DNA of 64,000 nucleotides from Acidobacteriota bacterium (GCA_040005235.1 JBDTZG010000001.1:160001-224000); one strand, 5' to 3'; counted from the first letter of the stretch, positions 42,201 to 48,142 are shown. Notes: generated by a model from the sequence alone, not told the origin. A program made the numbers and translations.

Positions 42201-45200
42201 GGTGGCGCGGCACGAGTCGCTGCGCACGAGCTTCGGCGAGCACGATCGGGAGCCGACCCAGACGATCCACGGCGACGTCGGGGTCCGGCCGCGCCAGATC
42301 GACCTGGCGGGCCTCGCGGCGCCCGCGGCGGAAGCGCTGCGCCTCGGTTCGTTGCAGCTCGCGCAACCCTTCGACCTCGGCCGTCCTCCACTCCTGCGCC
42401 TCTGGCTGGTGCGGCTCGGAGCCGCGGAAGATGCGCTGCTCTACGCGATCCACCACATCGTCTCGGATGCCTGGTCGCTCGGCCTGTTGGTCGCCGAGAT
42501 CACCGCGAGCTACGCCGCGCTCGCCGCGGGCCGAGCCCCGGAGCTGCCGGCGCTGCCGGTGCAGTACGCCGATTTCGCCGCCTGGCAGCGCTCGTGGCTG
42601 GCTGAAGGCGAGCTCGCTCGCCAGCTCGACTACTGGCGCGGCCGGCTGGCCGGCGCGCCGGGCACCGAGCTGCCGACCGACCGGCCGCGGCCGGCCGTCT
42701 CGTCCTATCGCGGGCGCGGCCTGCGCACAGCGGTCGGTCCGGGTCTCGCCGCGGGCGTCGCCCGGATCGCCCGCGGCGCCCAAGCCTCCCCCTTCATGGT
42801 GCTGCTCGCGGCGTTCCAGGCGGTGGTGGTCCGCTACGGCGCGGGGGAGGACGTGGTTCTCGGCACGCCGATCGCGAACCGCCGGCGGCGCGAGGTGGAG
42901 CGCCTGATCGGCTTCTTCGTCAACACCCTCGTCCTGCGCACCGACCTTGCCGGCGATCCGAGCTTCGCCGAGGCGCTCGCGCGGACCAAAGAAACGGCGC
43001 TCGGCGCGTTCGCCTACCAGGACATGCCGTTCGAACGGTTGGTCGAAGAGCTGTCGCCGCGCCGCGACCTGGCGCGCAATCCCTTCTTCCAGCTGATGTT
43101 CAACCTGATCAACACCCCGGCCGCCGAGGGCGCGTCGCGGCGGGACGGCGCCGGAGAGCCGCCGGATACCGCCGACCGGCCGGCGCTCGACGTCCAGCCG
43201 GCGACGGCGCTGTTCGATCTCCAGATCTACCTGATCGAGGCGCCCGATGCGTTCCACCTCTATTGGGAGTACGCCTCCGACCTGTTCGAGGAGGCGACGA
43301 TCCGTCGCCTCGGCCGCGCCTACGAATCGCTGATCGAGGGAGCCGTGGCACGGCCGGAGGGCAAGCTGTCGGATCTGCCGCTGCTCTCCGCGCCGGAACG
43401 GGCGGAGCTTCTGGCGACCGGCACCGGTCCCTCGGCCGCAGGCGGAGGAGGCCCGGTCCACGAACGGATCGCCGCCCAGGCGCTGCGCACTCCGGCGGCG
43501 GTCGCCGTGATCGCCGGAACCGATGCGCTCACCTACGCCGAGTTGCAGGAGCGGGCCGACCGCTTGGCGCGGCGGTTGCGTCGTCTCGGAATCGGCGTCG
43601 AATCGCGGGTCGGGATCGCCGTCGAGCGGTCGCTCGCGCTGCCGGTCGCGACGCTCGGCGTGCTGGGCGCGGGCGCCTCGTACGTGCCGCTCGATCCCGC
43701 CTATCCGGCCGAGCGCCTCGCCTACATGGCGGCGGACTCGGGGCTCGCGGCGGTGATCGCAAGCGACGATTTGGCAGATCCCGAGCGCTTCGCGGGCTAC
43801 GCGTCGATCGCCGTTCTGATCCACCCCGACGGTTCGATCGACGGCGGGGAGGATGCGCCTTTCGCCGCCGCCGACACGGCGGCTCAAAACCTCGCCTACA
43901 CGATCTACACCTCCGGCTCTACCGGCCTACCGAAGGGGGTCGAGCTGTCGCACGGCGCGCTCGCGAACTTCCTCGACGCGATGATCGAGCGCCCGGGCCT
44001 CGACGCCCAAGACGTTCTGGTCGCCGTCACCTCGCTGTCGTTCGACATCGCGGGGCTGGAGCTGTACGCACCGCTCTTGGTCGGCGCCCGCACGGTGATC
44101 GCCCGGCAGGACGAGGTGATGGGGGGAGCGCTCCTGGGCGATCTGCTCGCCCGCAGCGGCGCCACGGTTCTGCAAGCGACCCCCTCGGGCTGGAGGGTGT
44201 TGCTCGGCTCGGGTTGGCCGGGCGACCCGGGCCTGAAAGCTCTGGTGGGCGGCGAGGCGCTTCCCCCGGCACTGGCTGCGGAGCTGCGCGGCAAAGTAGG
44301 AACGCTGTGGAACATGTACGGTCCCACCGAGACGGCGGTCTGGTCGACGGTGGACGAGGTGGGCGCGGGGCCGATCTCGATCGGCCGGCCGATCGCGGCG
44401 ACCGGGCTGTACGTGGTGAACGCCTACGGCGGTCTGTTGCCCGCGGGAGCGTCGGGCGAGCTGTGGATCGGCGGCGCGGGCGTTGCGCGCGGCTACCACG
44501 GCCGGCCGGACTTGACCGCGGAGCGTTTCCTGCCGGACGTCTACTCGCGGCAGCCGGGCGCGCGGCTCTATCGAACGGGAGACCTCGCGCGCCGGATGCC
44601 CGATGGCCGTTTCCAGTGCCTCGGCCGGATCGACACCCAAGTCAAGGTGCGCGGCTTCCGCATCGAGCTGGGCGAGGTCGAGTCGGTGCTCGCCGCTCAT
44701 CCGCGGATCGCGCAGTCGGTCGTGATCGCCCGGGCCGGCGAAGCGGGGGCAGAGCACGAGCTGGTCGCCTATTTCGTGGCCCGGGACGGCGATCACGGCG
44801 GGGAGATCGCCACGGCGGAGCTGCGCGCCCATTTGAAGGAGCGGCTGCCCGATTACATGGTGCCCGCCCAGTTCGTCAGGCTCGACGCGTTGCCGATGAC
44901 GCCGAACGGCAAGGTCGATCGCAAAACGCTCCCCGATCCCTCGCGCGAGGCGCGCGGCGGTGCCGGAGGGGAGCTGCCGGGGACCGAGATGGAGATCCAG
45001 GTGGCGGCGGTCTGGCGCCAGGTGCTTCACCTCGAATCGGTCGGCCTCGACGACAATTTCTTCGATCTCGGCGGCCATTCGCTCGTGGCGCTCAAAGTCC
45101 AGGCGCAGCTGGAGCTTCTCCTCGGCCGGACGGTCGAGCTGGTCGCGCTGTTCCGCCATCCGACCGTGCGCCAGCTCGCCTCGGCTCTCGAACCGAAGGG

Positions 45201-46020
45201 CGCCGCGGAGGTCGATTCGAAGCGATCGAGCGTGCTGGTGCCGATCCAACCCCTGGGCACCCGCGCGCCGCTGTTCGTTCTGCCCCCGCTCGGCGGCACG
45301 GTCTATTTCTACCGCGCTCTCGCCCAGGAGCTCGGCCCCGATCAACCGGTCTGGGGCCTGCAGACTCCGGGGCTCGAAGGGGACCAGGAACCGATCGACG
45401 ACTTCGAAGCGCTGGCCGAGCTCTTCTTGGCGGCGATCGCCCCGGTGCGACGCGCGGGGGCACCGGTTCACCTCGCCGGAGCTTCGCTGGGCGGCCTGCT
45501 GGTGTTCGAGATGGCGCGGCAACTGGCGGCCCGCGGGGAACAGATGGGCATGGCGGCCCTGCTCGACACGGCGGGCGGCAGCGCCACGGCGATCGACGAC
45601 CGCGCCGCGTTGGTCGCCATGGTCCACATGCTCACCGAAGGGCGCTTCCGCATTCCGCCCGAGCAGCTCTTGGGACTCACCCCCGACGAGCAGATCGACC
45701 GGGTGTTCGCCGAGGCGGCAGCGCGCGGAATCTCGACCGAAGGGGTCAGTCGCGACCGGATCGCCCGACTCCGCCGCGTCATCGAGGCGAACTTAAGAGC
45801 CCGCGCCGGCTATCGCGAGCAAACCTACAGCGGCAGCCTGCTGTTCTGCCGCGCGGAAATTCGCTTGCCGGGAGAGCCGGACCGCCCCGAGACCTCCTGG
45901 CTCCCGTTGGCCGCAGGCGGCGTCGAAGTCCACGACGTGCCCGGCGATCACGAGTCGATGCTCCAGCCGCCGAACGTGGCGCGCCTGGCGGAGATCCTGG
46001 CGGCGAAGCTCGCGGAGTAG
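24202..46020 (+). CDS. NRPS, modules 8-13 plus TE: C-A(aromatic)-T, C-A(unknown)-T-E, DCL-A(Thr)-T, C-A(Tyr)-T, C-A(Gly)-T, C-A(Gly)-T-TE
   Basis: GTGA overlap and RBS GGAGGA. Codes DAATVAAVCK, DVLSVGRISK, DFWNVGMVHK, DASTIAAVCK, DILQLGMVWK x2. E-domain and TE motifs present. Confidence 0.97.
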   Translation: MSEISEPDSAAELAADLEGDLEAERLALLDLLLEEEAEEAAAPAAAIGHATAPERIPLSLSQRRLWIADRLDPGTALFNIPASQRLSGELDIRALRAALQALVDRHESLRTTFSTADGNAGARGSSEGFQVIARHREVDLPRIDLSLLPLSLALQTSLRLSGLSQSRGFDLEQGPLLRFALIEMAPRDNVLLVTMHHIVADGWSLSIFQREFAAFYAGFAKNQPATLPALPIQYADFALWQRDWLRGEVLENQLAFWRDHLADAPFLAELPTDRPRPRVRNFRGGKVARLVADSVTEAFHRLVRGEGVTYFASALALGHAWLGRLTRSDDALIGSPIAGRHRIETEGVIGFFVSNLVFRAQLRGDPTARELLVRTREETLAILSHQDVPFDLLVEALAPERDLSTTPIYQVQLMAFEGQRRADASAHAADETARTRAMGGLRLTPLTSGDEMSMFDLSMTIAEGGRRLALQYNRDLFDAATIERMAGYFENLMAAFVAEPDRHLSEIAMIGQDERRQLLLEWNPPSSRAAFSQKTLLPEWVAIHAKSRPQAIAVEMGDMSLTYAELDERSNALARYLAMFGVGPEVRVGLCLMRSLDLVVGLIAVQKAGGAYLPLDPTYPIDRLAGMIEDAGLMLLLAQDATLDALPAGTAYVINLDRTDEMAAMMGDGGDEAGDGATPEPPPGPCPEHLAYVIFTSGSTGRPKGVMLAHDGLANLCAEQARIFAVGPESRVLQFASVSFDASVAEIAVALCAGAALVLGAPDDLLPGPGLVRLLASRRITKATIPPSALAVLPAGAEAELPDLRTLVVAGEACSPELAAIWGRGRRFVNAYGPTEATVCATAELFVEGKALTLGRPLSDVEIHVLGSRFEPLPVGVAGELLIGGRGLARGYLNRPDLTAERFVPHPFAAERGDFGDPGARLYRTGDLVRRLADGRIEFLGRIDHQVKVRGFRIELGEIEAALRAQAGVREVVVLARNDSGGGLSGGNADRLVAYLLAEPERELVPADLKAALSARLPEYMVPAAFVVLGAFPLTANGKVDRKALPTPELAHLHVEGVRYEAPRDAIETLVAEVFGEVLGLSGEISIHDSFFDLGGHSLLATQLLSRVRDAFGVELALRQVFEAQTIASFSRAIEAAQREARGLESGPIERRPRVAGADLPLSFAQERLWFLDQLEPGSPTYNIPSALRVRGALDPLRLAAALRYLERRHESLRTTFPTRAGRAAQEIAAPDSVDSPRGALLFARVDLAALSEARREVETLRLAGKEAIRPFDLATGPLGRVVLVHLSPQPATEQALLLTVHHVISDGWSMGVFVRELAEVHSALVEGREPDANVLPPLPIQYADFAAWQRGWLTGDVLARQIDHWRRHLLGAPELLALPTDRPRPAIQSYRGASVARPSAPGTVERLHALSRAEGATLFMTLLAGWSTLLYRYTGQTDIPVGTPIANRNRAEVEGLIGFFVNTLVLRTRVAPRQSFRALLGTVRESTLEGYAHQDLPFEKLVEAIAPERNLSYSPLFQSMLVLQNNPDRPLELPGLEISGLAMSGEVSKYDLTLNAIELGPRLACRVVYSTALFEAATVERILGHLHALLHALLDQPDRPVGTLDLFSGEERRTLLIEWNEPAVVHPSEGYLPQMFEERVDAGPARIAVEFDSRTESERAAGGAGFSMLTYAELDARANRLARHLRRAGVGPETRVGVCLERSLDLPVALLAVLKAGAAYLPLDPSLPEDRLRHLVADASAPVVVTVGRFVERLGTDRTDRFDRFGGPHLVLLDDAATAAAIAEEPAERLLPAALGEHPAYVIYTSGSTGQPKGVVVTHGALGNRLRYALATDFATDAEVFLQKTTISFDVSVLEIFAPLVSGGRTVLPEPEGHRDPAYLVRLIAERRITQASFPPSTLALLLDSGALDECRDLRLLVTGGETVPADLPNRVHERLPWIDVYNRYGPTEATISVTSWLCRPDAAERSLPIGRPTAKAHVYLLDREGEPTPVGVPGELHLGGICLARGYLDRPAMTAAAFVPNPFSETPGERLYATGDLAKWRADGAIDFVGRIDGQIKIRGFRVELGEIEAALYRCPGVREAAVIDREDTPGQKRLVAYFVPEVADAEAPAEPSDLPRALRERLAAELPAYMVPAAFVAIEKLPLSPTGKVDRKALPAPPAEAATVSGYAPPRTETETLLAAIWAEALGLSRVGIHDNYFALGGDSILSIQIVARANQAGCRIAPRQLFQHQTVAELAAVAGTIDAVEAEQGAVTGEAPLSPIQSWFLASDRPDRHWFNQSFLVSVERGVEPAAVEQAISTLVEHHDALRLRFEKKLTEGWRQELAPVGSASDLPFVHVDLSDLPVGERRAALEAKCAALQSSLDLENGPILRAALFDLGADEPRRLLLAIHHLAVDGVSWRILFEDLENALAGRDLPAKTTSWKAWTEKLAALDLEGEAADWQDRPEISFRLPIEPRGENLVSAAKSVAVSFDAEETRSLLQAPAAYRAQIQDLLLTALQATLAGDSPLPIELEGHGREEDLVPNVDLTRTVGWFTTLYPVTLEVPANAGPGERLKSIKERLHTLPSRGLSHGVLRWLGRSETRTALAAFSPPEVSFNYLGQADASARGAGQASSASPSTLAIARENPGPTLSPLATRAHELAVSAVISGGALRVELIYGAERLAKETVEAWAAAFRAEALALAEHCASPEAFGYTPSDFPLARLDQATIDRLFGDDRTVEDVYPLAPLQEGMVFQTLAAPRSGVYYEQLAATLSGPVDDNLFGRALAGVLARHPILRTSFRWQGSESLLQVVQHQVEPPLLIDDWRDVPAGEIPGRLAALLEADRRAGFALDRAPLVAARLIRTDEDERTLVLANHHAILDGWSYQSFTAELFALYAGLRSGRAPELPHRRPYRDYIAWLVTRDRGASEAYWRRALAGFREPTPLVVDRPAPLGRTGHDAGTVERSLPRATSDALDALARREQVTLNTVVQAATGLLFARYSGQDDVVFGTAVSGRPPGLAGIESMLGLFLNTLPARVVSPPDRALGAQLRDVQERQLEMREHEHSALVDVQSWSEVDPGRPLFQSILVFESYPREKAVAQSAAAEAGAEPFAAVRDVRFEERTNLPLALVAAPLDRLFLRASFDTDRFDAATATRLVDHLENLLAAMANAPEAALRELALLSPAEAAALVSVPQPADAQGSFCLHRRFEQIASERPLAPAVTFGAETIPYGDLEARANRLAHRLRALGVGPEVRVALCLDRTAEMLVAILAVLKAGGAYVPLDPTYAQERLGFVLADAETPVVISQSDLADALPPCTGEEGGARLLLLDREDFADESAAPLADGATPDNAAYVIYTSGSTGKPKGVVVTHANVARLFRSTDRWFGFGTDDVWTLFHSYAFDFSVWEIWGALLYGGRLVVVPYAVSRSPRDFRALLAAERVTVLNQTPSAFHQLQRADEEAGEGAFPLALRTVVFGGEALDLGALAPWFGRHPEDRPRLVNMYGITETTVHVTYRPLGKADVGSASVIGEAIPDLALRLLDARGDLVPVGVPGEIHVVGDGLARGYLARPDLTAERFVPDAYSTLPGARSYRSGDLARRRPAALDVTLELEYLGRIDLQVKIRGFRIELGEIEAALTAHPSVREAVAVVRGDGDDRRLVAYLVAPPDAPLASFEAELREHLRARLPEHMLPSFLVPLAALPLTPNGKVDKKALPAPEIDLGGGFTPPGTPLELRLAEIWERLLGVAGVGLESDFFALGGHSLLAMRLSSHVREALELEIPVTLVFEEPIFGAFARTVEGMIEGLGEGVGGTAGKAARKALDATSAEPALVALARTGPVALSYSQTRLFMFDRLRPGDTLYNMGGTQRLGARLRLDLLAAAIDQVVRRHESLRTGFSEIDSHPVQMIHREVEVRPRLIDLSALALSRSPEPEMVRLSALQVGTPFDLGRPPLLSIWLVRLGAAGDVLLYMMHHIISDGWSMGVLVSELSAAYEALAAGRWPDLPALPVQYPDYAVWQRDWFERGELARQLGYWRERLAGAQPSELPTDRKRPAVSSFRGRRFRTALDSATSNALLALAHDHRASIFMMVLAGFDAIIARWSGRDDVVVGSPIANRQRREIEGLIGFFVNTLVLRTDLSGDPSFAEALDRTRDAALGAFGHQDLPFERLVEELAPRRDPARHPLFQLLFNLVNTPSETSAKGSPGFTAEADSPAPELQSATALFDLQLFGIETPGSIQLVWEYSLDLFEEATVRRFARGFTSLLKGALARPETRLSELPLLSAADRIELLAAAAGPSSNPLPDHFLHQRLAREAAARPDAPAVRFGGRVVTYAELDAASNRVARHLQALGFGVELTVGLCFDHCPELLFALFGVLKAGASFLPLDPGYPEERLSYQIADSGTLAVLTDEANEPLARLLGAPLVICVDGPEVAGESAEAPAPEGFEPERAAYLLYTSGSTGRPKGVVVTHRGLASLGVEQGRLFGVAPEGRVLQFASPAFDASVSEIAMAVEAGAALVMAPREVLLPGADFIRLLKDERVTTATLPPSLLATLPAGTESELPDLANLIVAGESCQPKLAARWAAGRRFLNAYGPTETTVCGTVADLSGATLSADRPLPLGQPLAHVQVRVVDRWFEPVPVGTPGEIVIGGVGLARNYHGRPDLTAERFVPDPLAGGEGDSPGGRIYRTGDLARWRPEPRQPTGLDLEYLGRIDFQIKIRGYRVELGEIEAALTAHPEVREAVVVVKGEDDDRRLIAYLAATPSPTLEAELREHLRTILPEYMVPGRFAMLAALPLTPNGKVDRKALPEPGVELVEGVTPPRTPVERRLAEIWEELLAVSGVGLESAFFELGGHSLLAMRLTSRILEGLGLDLPMQAIFDEPTLESLAARIETGLKESQGGVAAPALLPLSRGEALPLSFAQTRLWMLDRLLPGGSLYNMGGLQRLGSGLRFDLFAAAIEIVVRRHETLRTSFDEIDLAPIQIIHPEAAVRPRQIDLAALAAGEREMLRLGALQLAQPFDLGRPTLLRLWLVRLATESVLLYVIHHIVSDAWSMGLLISEITAAYAALAEGQRPDFPELPIQYADFSVWQRAWFEGGELDRQLGYWRTQLAGLPATELPVDRPRPPVSSYRGRRFRTALATDVAAALGTLAHERQASAFMVLLAGFDALVARYVGQDDVVIGTPVANRRRREVEGLIGFFVNTLVLRTDLDGDPSFAEAVDRTRETALGAFAHPDLPFERLVEELAPHRDMARNPLFQLMFNLIGSSQAEAGERSAKSPRDVGSSPAQDATALFDLQVYGVETSDSFDLHWEYSVDLFEEATMRRLARGYESLLAAAVARPESRLSDVPLLSAAERAELVAAGTGRAAGASGRVHERIREQAAATPAAIAFAAGSDTLTYAELTARANRLARRLARLGVGVESRVGIAVERSLALPVAALGVLGAGASYVPLDPAYPAERLAYMAADARLAALVVSGDLEDLDRRFAAYAPVVVRIAPDGEIDGAELSTPLPSRVGAENLAYTIYTSGSTGQPKGVELSHGALANFLDAMIERPGVVASDVLVSVTSLSFDIAGLELYAPLLVGARTVIARRDEATDGSLLAALLRRSGATVLQATPSGWRVLLAAGWTGDRSLKALVGGEALPPALAGELRSLVGSLWNMYGPTETAVWSTLDEVGAGPVSIGRPIAATLTYVVDRRGDLLPQGVPGELWIGGAGVARGYRGRPDLTAERFLPDPWSAESGARLYRTGDLGRWRPDGRLECLGRIDHQVKVRGHRIELGEIEAVLGSHPAVAASAVTLFGEGEDRRLAAYVVLRPGEEEEISLRDALAPFLLERLPESMMPSVFVRLAALPLTPNGKVDRKALPSPDFEMGAAATPPRTPFEKQVAAIWEEVLGVAGIGVESHFFALGGHSLLAMRLASRLRETFGLDLPLRAIFEASTLGLFAARVEAALAAGSEEAGGAEEALVPLPRTGPLPLSFAQARLWLLDRLAPGNPFYNLGSAIHLGRRLRYDLFSAAVGTVVARHESLRTSFGEHDREPTQTIHGDVGVRPRQIDLAGLAAPAAEALRLGSLQLAQPFDLGRPPLLRLWLVRLGAAEDALLYAIHHIVSDAWSLGLLVAEITASYAALAAGRAPELPALPVQYADFAAWQRSWLAEGELARQLDYWRGRLAGAPGTELPTDRPRPAVSSYRGRGLRTAVGPGLAAGVARIARGAQASPFMVLLAAFQAVVVRYGAGEDVVLGTPIANRRRREVERLIGFFVNTLVLRTDLAGDPSFAEALARTKETALGAFAYQDMPFERLVEELSPRRDLARNPFFQLMFNLINTPAAEGASRRDGAGEPPDTADRPALDVQPATALFDLQIYLIEAPDAFHLYWEYASDLFEEATIRRLGRAYESLIEGAVARPEGKLSDLPLLSAPERAELLATGTGPSAAGGGGPVHERIAAQALRTPAAVAVIAGTDALTYAELQERADRLARRLRRLGIGVESRVGIAVERSLALPVATLGVLGAGASYVPLDPAYPAERLAYMAADSGLAAVIASDDLADPERFAGYASIAVLIHPDGSIDGGEDAPFAAADTAAQNLAYTIYTSGSTGLPKGVELSHGALANFLDAMIERPGLDAQDVLVAVTSLSFDIAGLELYAPLLVGARTVIARQDEVMGGALLGDLLARSGATVLQATPSGWRVLLGSGWPGDPGLKALVGGEALPPALAAELRGKVGTLWNMYGPTETAVWSTVDEVGAGPISIGRPIAATGLYVVNAYGGLLPAGASGELWIGGAGVARGYHGRPDLTAERFLPDVYSRQPGARLYRTGDLARRMPDGRFQCLGRIDTQVKVRGFRIELGEVESVLAAHPRIAQSVVIARAGEAGAEHELVAYFVARDGDHGGEIATAELRAHLKERLPDYMVPAQFVRLDALPMTPNGKVDRKTLPDPSREARGGAGGELPGTEMEIQVAAVWRQVLHLESVGLDDNFFDLGGHSLVALKVQAQLELLLGRTVELVALFRHPTVRQLASALEPKGAAEVDSKRSSVLVPIQPLGTRAPLFVLPPLGGTVYFYRALAQELGPDQPVWGLQTPGLEGDQEPIDDFEALAELFLAAIAPVRRAGAPVHLAGASLGGLLVFEMARQLAARGEQMGMAALLDTAGGSATAIDDRAALVAMVHMLTEGRFRIPPEQLLGLTPDEQIDRVFAEAAARGISTEGVSRDRIARLRRVIEANLRARAGYREQTYSGSLLFCRAEIRLPGEPDRPETSWLPLAAGGVEVHDVPGDHESMLQPPNVARLAEILAAKLAE
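30960..32280 (+). other. Epimerization (E) domain of module 9
   Basis: Preceded by a GGDSI carrier. Motifs PLSPIQSWF, HHLAVDGVSWRIL, LEGHGRE, RTVGWFT and FNYLGQ. Followed by the TPSDFPL linker and a DCL-type C domain (YPLAPLQEGM, HHAILDGWS). Confidence 0.93.
45235..46017 (+). other. Terminal type I thioesterase domain
   Basis: LVPIQ..G..PLFVLPPLGG, GASLG nucleophile motif at 45478-45492, and VPGDHESML catalytic His. Confidence 0.93.
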
Positions 46021-46042
46021 GGCCTTTTCCCTGGCCGGGGAG

Positions 46043-46071
46043 TCCGGCGGAATCCTCGAAAATCCGCCGGA
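46043..46071 (+). terminator. Hairpin downstream of the NRPS operon (possible terminator or mRNA stabiliser)
   Basis: TCCGGCGGA-N11-TCCGCCGGA perfect 9-bp stem, 22 nt after the stop. No U-tract. Confidence 0.4.
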
Positions 46072-46448
46072 GACGGCGGCGAACGGCTCCGTAAAGCCGC
46101 TGTCGGCCGTCGACGGCGGCTCTGCGGCCTCCGAGAGCGGCTATCCGGCTCTGGATTCGGCCATCGCCCGTGGAACCTCGCTATCGAGAACGGGATAGCG
46201 AGCCTTGCGCCTCGAAAGCCGCTATCGCTCGCGAAGAGGACGTTGCGGCGGCTGCGAGCGGCTGTCGGTCTCGGATAGCCGCTCTACGTCAAGGAATCGC
46301 GCGTTTTTCCTTCTGCATCCCGGATTCCGCGCCGGACGCCCGAATCCAGCGGCGGAAAGCCGCTTTCGACGGTCGCGCCGCCGTGGCGGCGGCCGCATTC
46401 GCCCATCGGGACTCGCTGAGCGCTTGCGCCGCCGACAGATCGGCTGCC
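46072..46448. repeat. Degenerate tandem array, ~20-21 bp period, core palindrome GAWAGC-S-GCTWTC
   Basis: Best copies: 46092 TAAAGCCGCTGTC, 46133 GAGAGCGGCTATC, 46173 GAACCTCGCTATC, 46214 GAAAGCCGCTATC, 46254 GCGAGCGGCTGTC, 46274 GATAGCCGCTCTA, 46355 GAAAGCCGCTTTC. Weaker in-phase copies lie between and around them. Confidence 0.6.
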
Positions 46449-46549
46449 ATCACGCCATTGGCTCCGCCATTCCAGGGAATTGGAAGCGCGCGCAGGACAT
46501 CGTGCTACGAGCAACCGCCGATTTCTCTACGCCCCCTACATCGCGCTAT

Positions 46550-48133
46550 TCACTGCCGCCGTTCCACCAGAAACCACCGCCCCGCCCGCTTGACCTGCAT
46601 CTCTGCAAGGTGCGGTCCGAACGCCGCCGTCAGTTTCTCCGCGCCACCTCGTACGAGGTAGTACCGATAGTGGGGCCCATGCCGCTCGTAGACGAACTTT
46701 CGCGGATTCCACTCGTCCCATTCTGCGAGCAGGGCGTCGTCCTCGTTCTTGCCCGGCCGGTAGGCGACGGGGGAATTCCAGAACTGGACGAAGGAGAAAT
46801 GGATGCGGCCTCCTTTGGCGACTTGGTAATAGGCGGGGGTATGGATCAGCAGCGGCGGTTCCTCCCAGCCTTCGGTTCCCAGCTCGCCGCCGGGTTCGTA
46901 GATCAGACCCGCGAGGGCCTGGCCCGGCTCGGTCGAATCGAGCAGCTCGGAGAGGCCGGCGGTTTCGGCGGAGAACGCGAGGAAGCCTGTCGCCGTCCGT
47001 AGGAATTGCCCGGCGAGCAGCCCGGCCGTGAGCAGCGCCGCGAGGCGCAGGCGCGGGGAGCCGGCGGGGAGCCGGGGGAGGCCCGGGATCGCCAACATCG
47101 CCGCGAGCGGCAGCAGCCGGTCGGAGACCAGATAGCCGCGCGTGTAGTTGGGCAGGATGAAATAGAGCAATGCCACCCAGCCGGCGAGCGAGAGGAACCG
47201 GGTGCGGTACAGAGCGCCGCCGTCGTCGCTCCGAGGAAGATCGGAGCGTGGCACGGCGAGCACCAGGACCACGCCGAGGAGGATCGCGGCGAGCAGATAG
47301 CACGCGCCGTCCGCCGCGCCCGAAAACAGGTTCGAAGGCATATGGGCGATGCGTAAGGAAAGTGGTGCGAAATGCGCAGGCTCGGCCGCCAACCGCTGCT
47401 GGTAGCCGGTCATCGCCTCGGCGGCGTGCAGATGCGCCCACGCCAAGGCGCCCATGCCCAGCGCGAGACCGGGAACCGTCGAGGAAACTTGGAGTGCCAG
47501 GCGTGGCAGGCTCGGACGGCGGACCAGCGCGAGCCAGCCGACGGCACCGGCAAAGATCAACAGGAATTCGAGGTGGACGGTATAGAACAGCAGGCCGATC
47601 CCGGCGAGCAGCGCCCAGCCCTGAGCGCCAAACGGCCGATCGAACAGCCGATCGGTGAGCGCCACCCCTAGGAGCACCAGCGGATAGGCGATCAGGTTGT
47701 CGACGAAACCCCAGGAGAAGGCGGAGTTGTAGGTGATGCCCAGAGCGAGCAGCGCGTACCACGCCGGCCGGCCGGTGCGGCGGCAGAGGAGCGCCGCGGC
47801 GAGCGGCACGGCGAGCAGAGAGATCGAGACGACGAGCTTCCCCGCCGCTTCGATCGGCAGCAGGAACCCGAAAGCCGCGGTGAGCATTTCGAACAACCCT
47901 TGCGGGCGCCAGAGGACGATCTCGTAGGTCTGCCGTAGGGCGCGGGCGGGATCGCCGTAGAAGCGGAGAATCGAGGCCGCGGCGAGCTGCTGCGGGTAAT
48001 CGACCATCGGGAGAAATCGGACCAGCCAGAGGGGCAGCACCCAGAGCGCCCCGACCGCGCCGAGCCACATGGACAGGCGCAGCGGCCGGCGCGGCGGAAT
48101 TTCTTCCACGGGGGGGATAGAGGGGGCGGTCAT
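46550..48133 (-). CDS. Polytopic membrane protein, possible GT-C-fold glycosyltransferase
   Basis: About 10 hydrophobic segments, a first-loop LPMVDYPQQ motif and a soluble C-terminal region. Start placed at ATG 48133 (MTAPSIP) because the longer ORF overlaps the PLD gene. Confidence 0.65.
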   Translation of the reverse strand: MTAPSIPPVEEIPPRRPLRLSMWLGAVGALWVLPLWLVRFLPMVDYPQQLAAASILRFYGDPARALRQTYEIVLWRPQGLFEMLTAAFGFLLPIEAAGKLVVSISLLAVPLAAALLCRRTGRPAWYALLALGITYNSAFSWGFVDNLIAYPLVLLGVALTDRLFDRPFGAQGWALLAGIGLLFYTVHLEFLLIFAGAVGWLALVRRPSLPRLALQVSSTVPGLALGMGALAWAHLHAAEAMTGYQQRLAAEPAHFAPLSLRIAHMPSNLFSGAADGACYLLAAILLGVVLVLAVPRSDLPRSDDGGALYRTRFLSLAGWVALLYFILPNYTRGYLVSDRLLPLAAMLAIPGLPRLPAGSPRLRLAALLTAGLLAGQFLRTATGFLAFSAETAGLSELLDSTEPGQALAGLIYEPGGELGTEGWEEPPLLIHTPAYYQVAKGGRIHFSFVQFWNSPVAYRPGKNEDDALLAEWDEWNPRKFVYERHGPHYRYYLVRGGAEKLTAAFGPHLAEMQVKRAGRWFLVERRQ

Positions 48134-48142
48134 CGACCGCGC

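Noticed and set aside
37080-46020. C-terminal Tyr-Gly-Gly as an enkephalin (YGGF) mimic
   Set aside because: The opioid motif needs a free N-terminal Tyr and a following Phe. Here the motif is C-terminal and has no Phe.
46072-46448. CRISPR interpretation of the periodic array
   Set aside because: The 13-bp degenerate repeats and 7-8 bp spacers are far too short, and there are no cas genes.
46170-46661. 163-aa + strand ORF in the post-NRPS gap
   Set aside because: No motif or RBS, overlaps the convergent gene, and the region's 20-21 bp periodicity is incompatible with a codon-based repeat.
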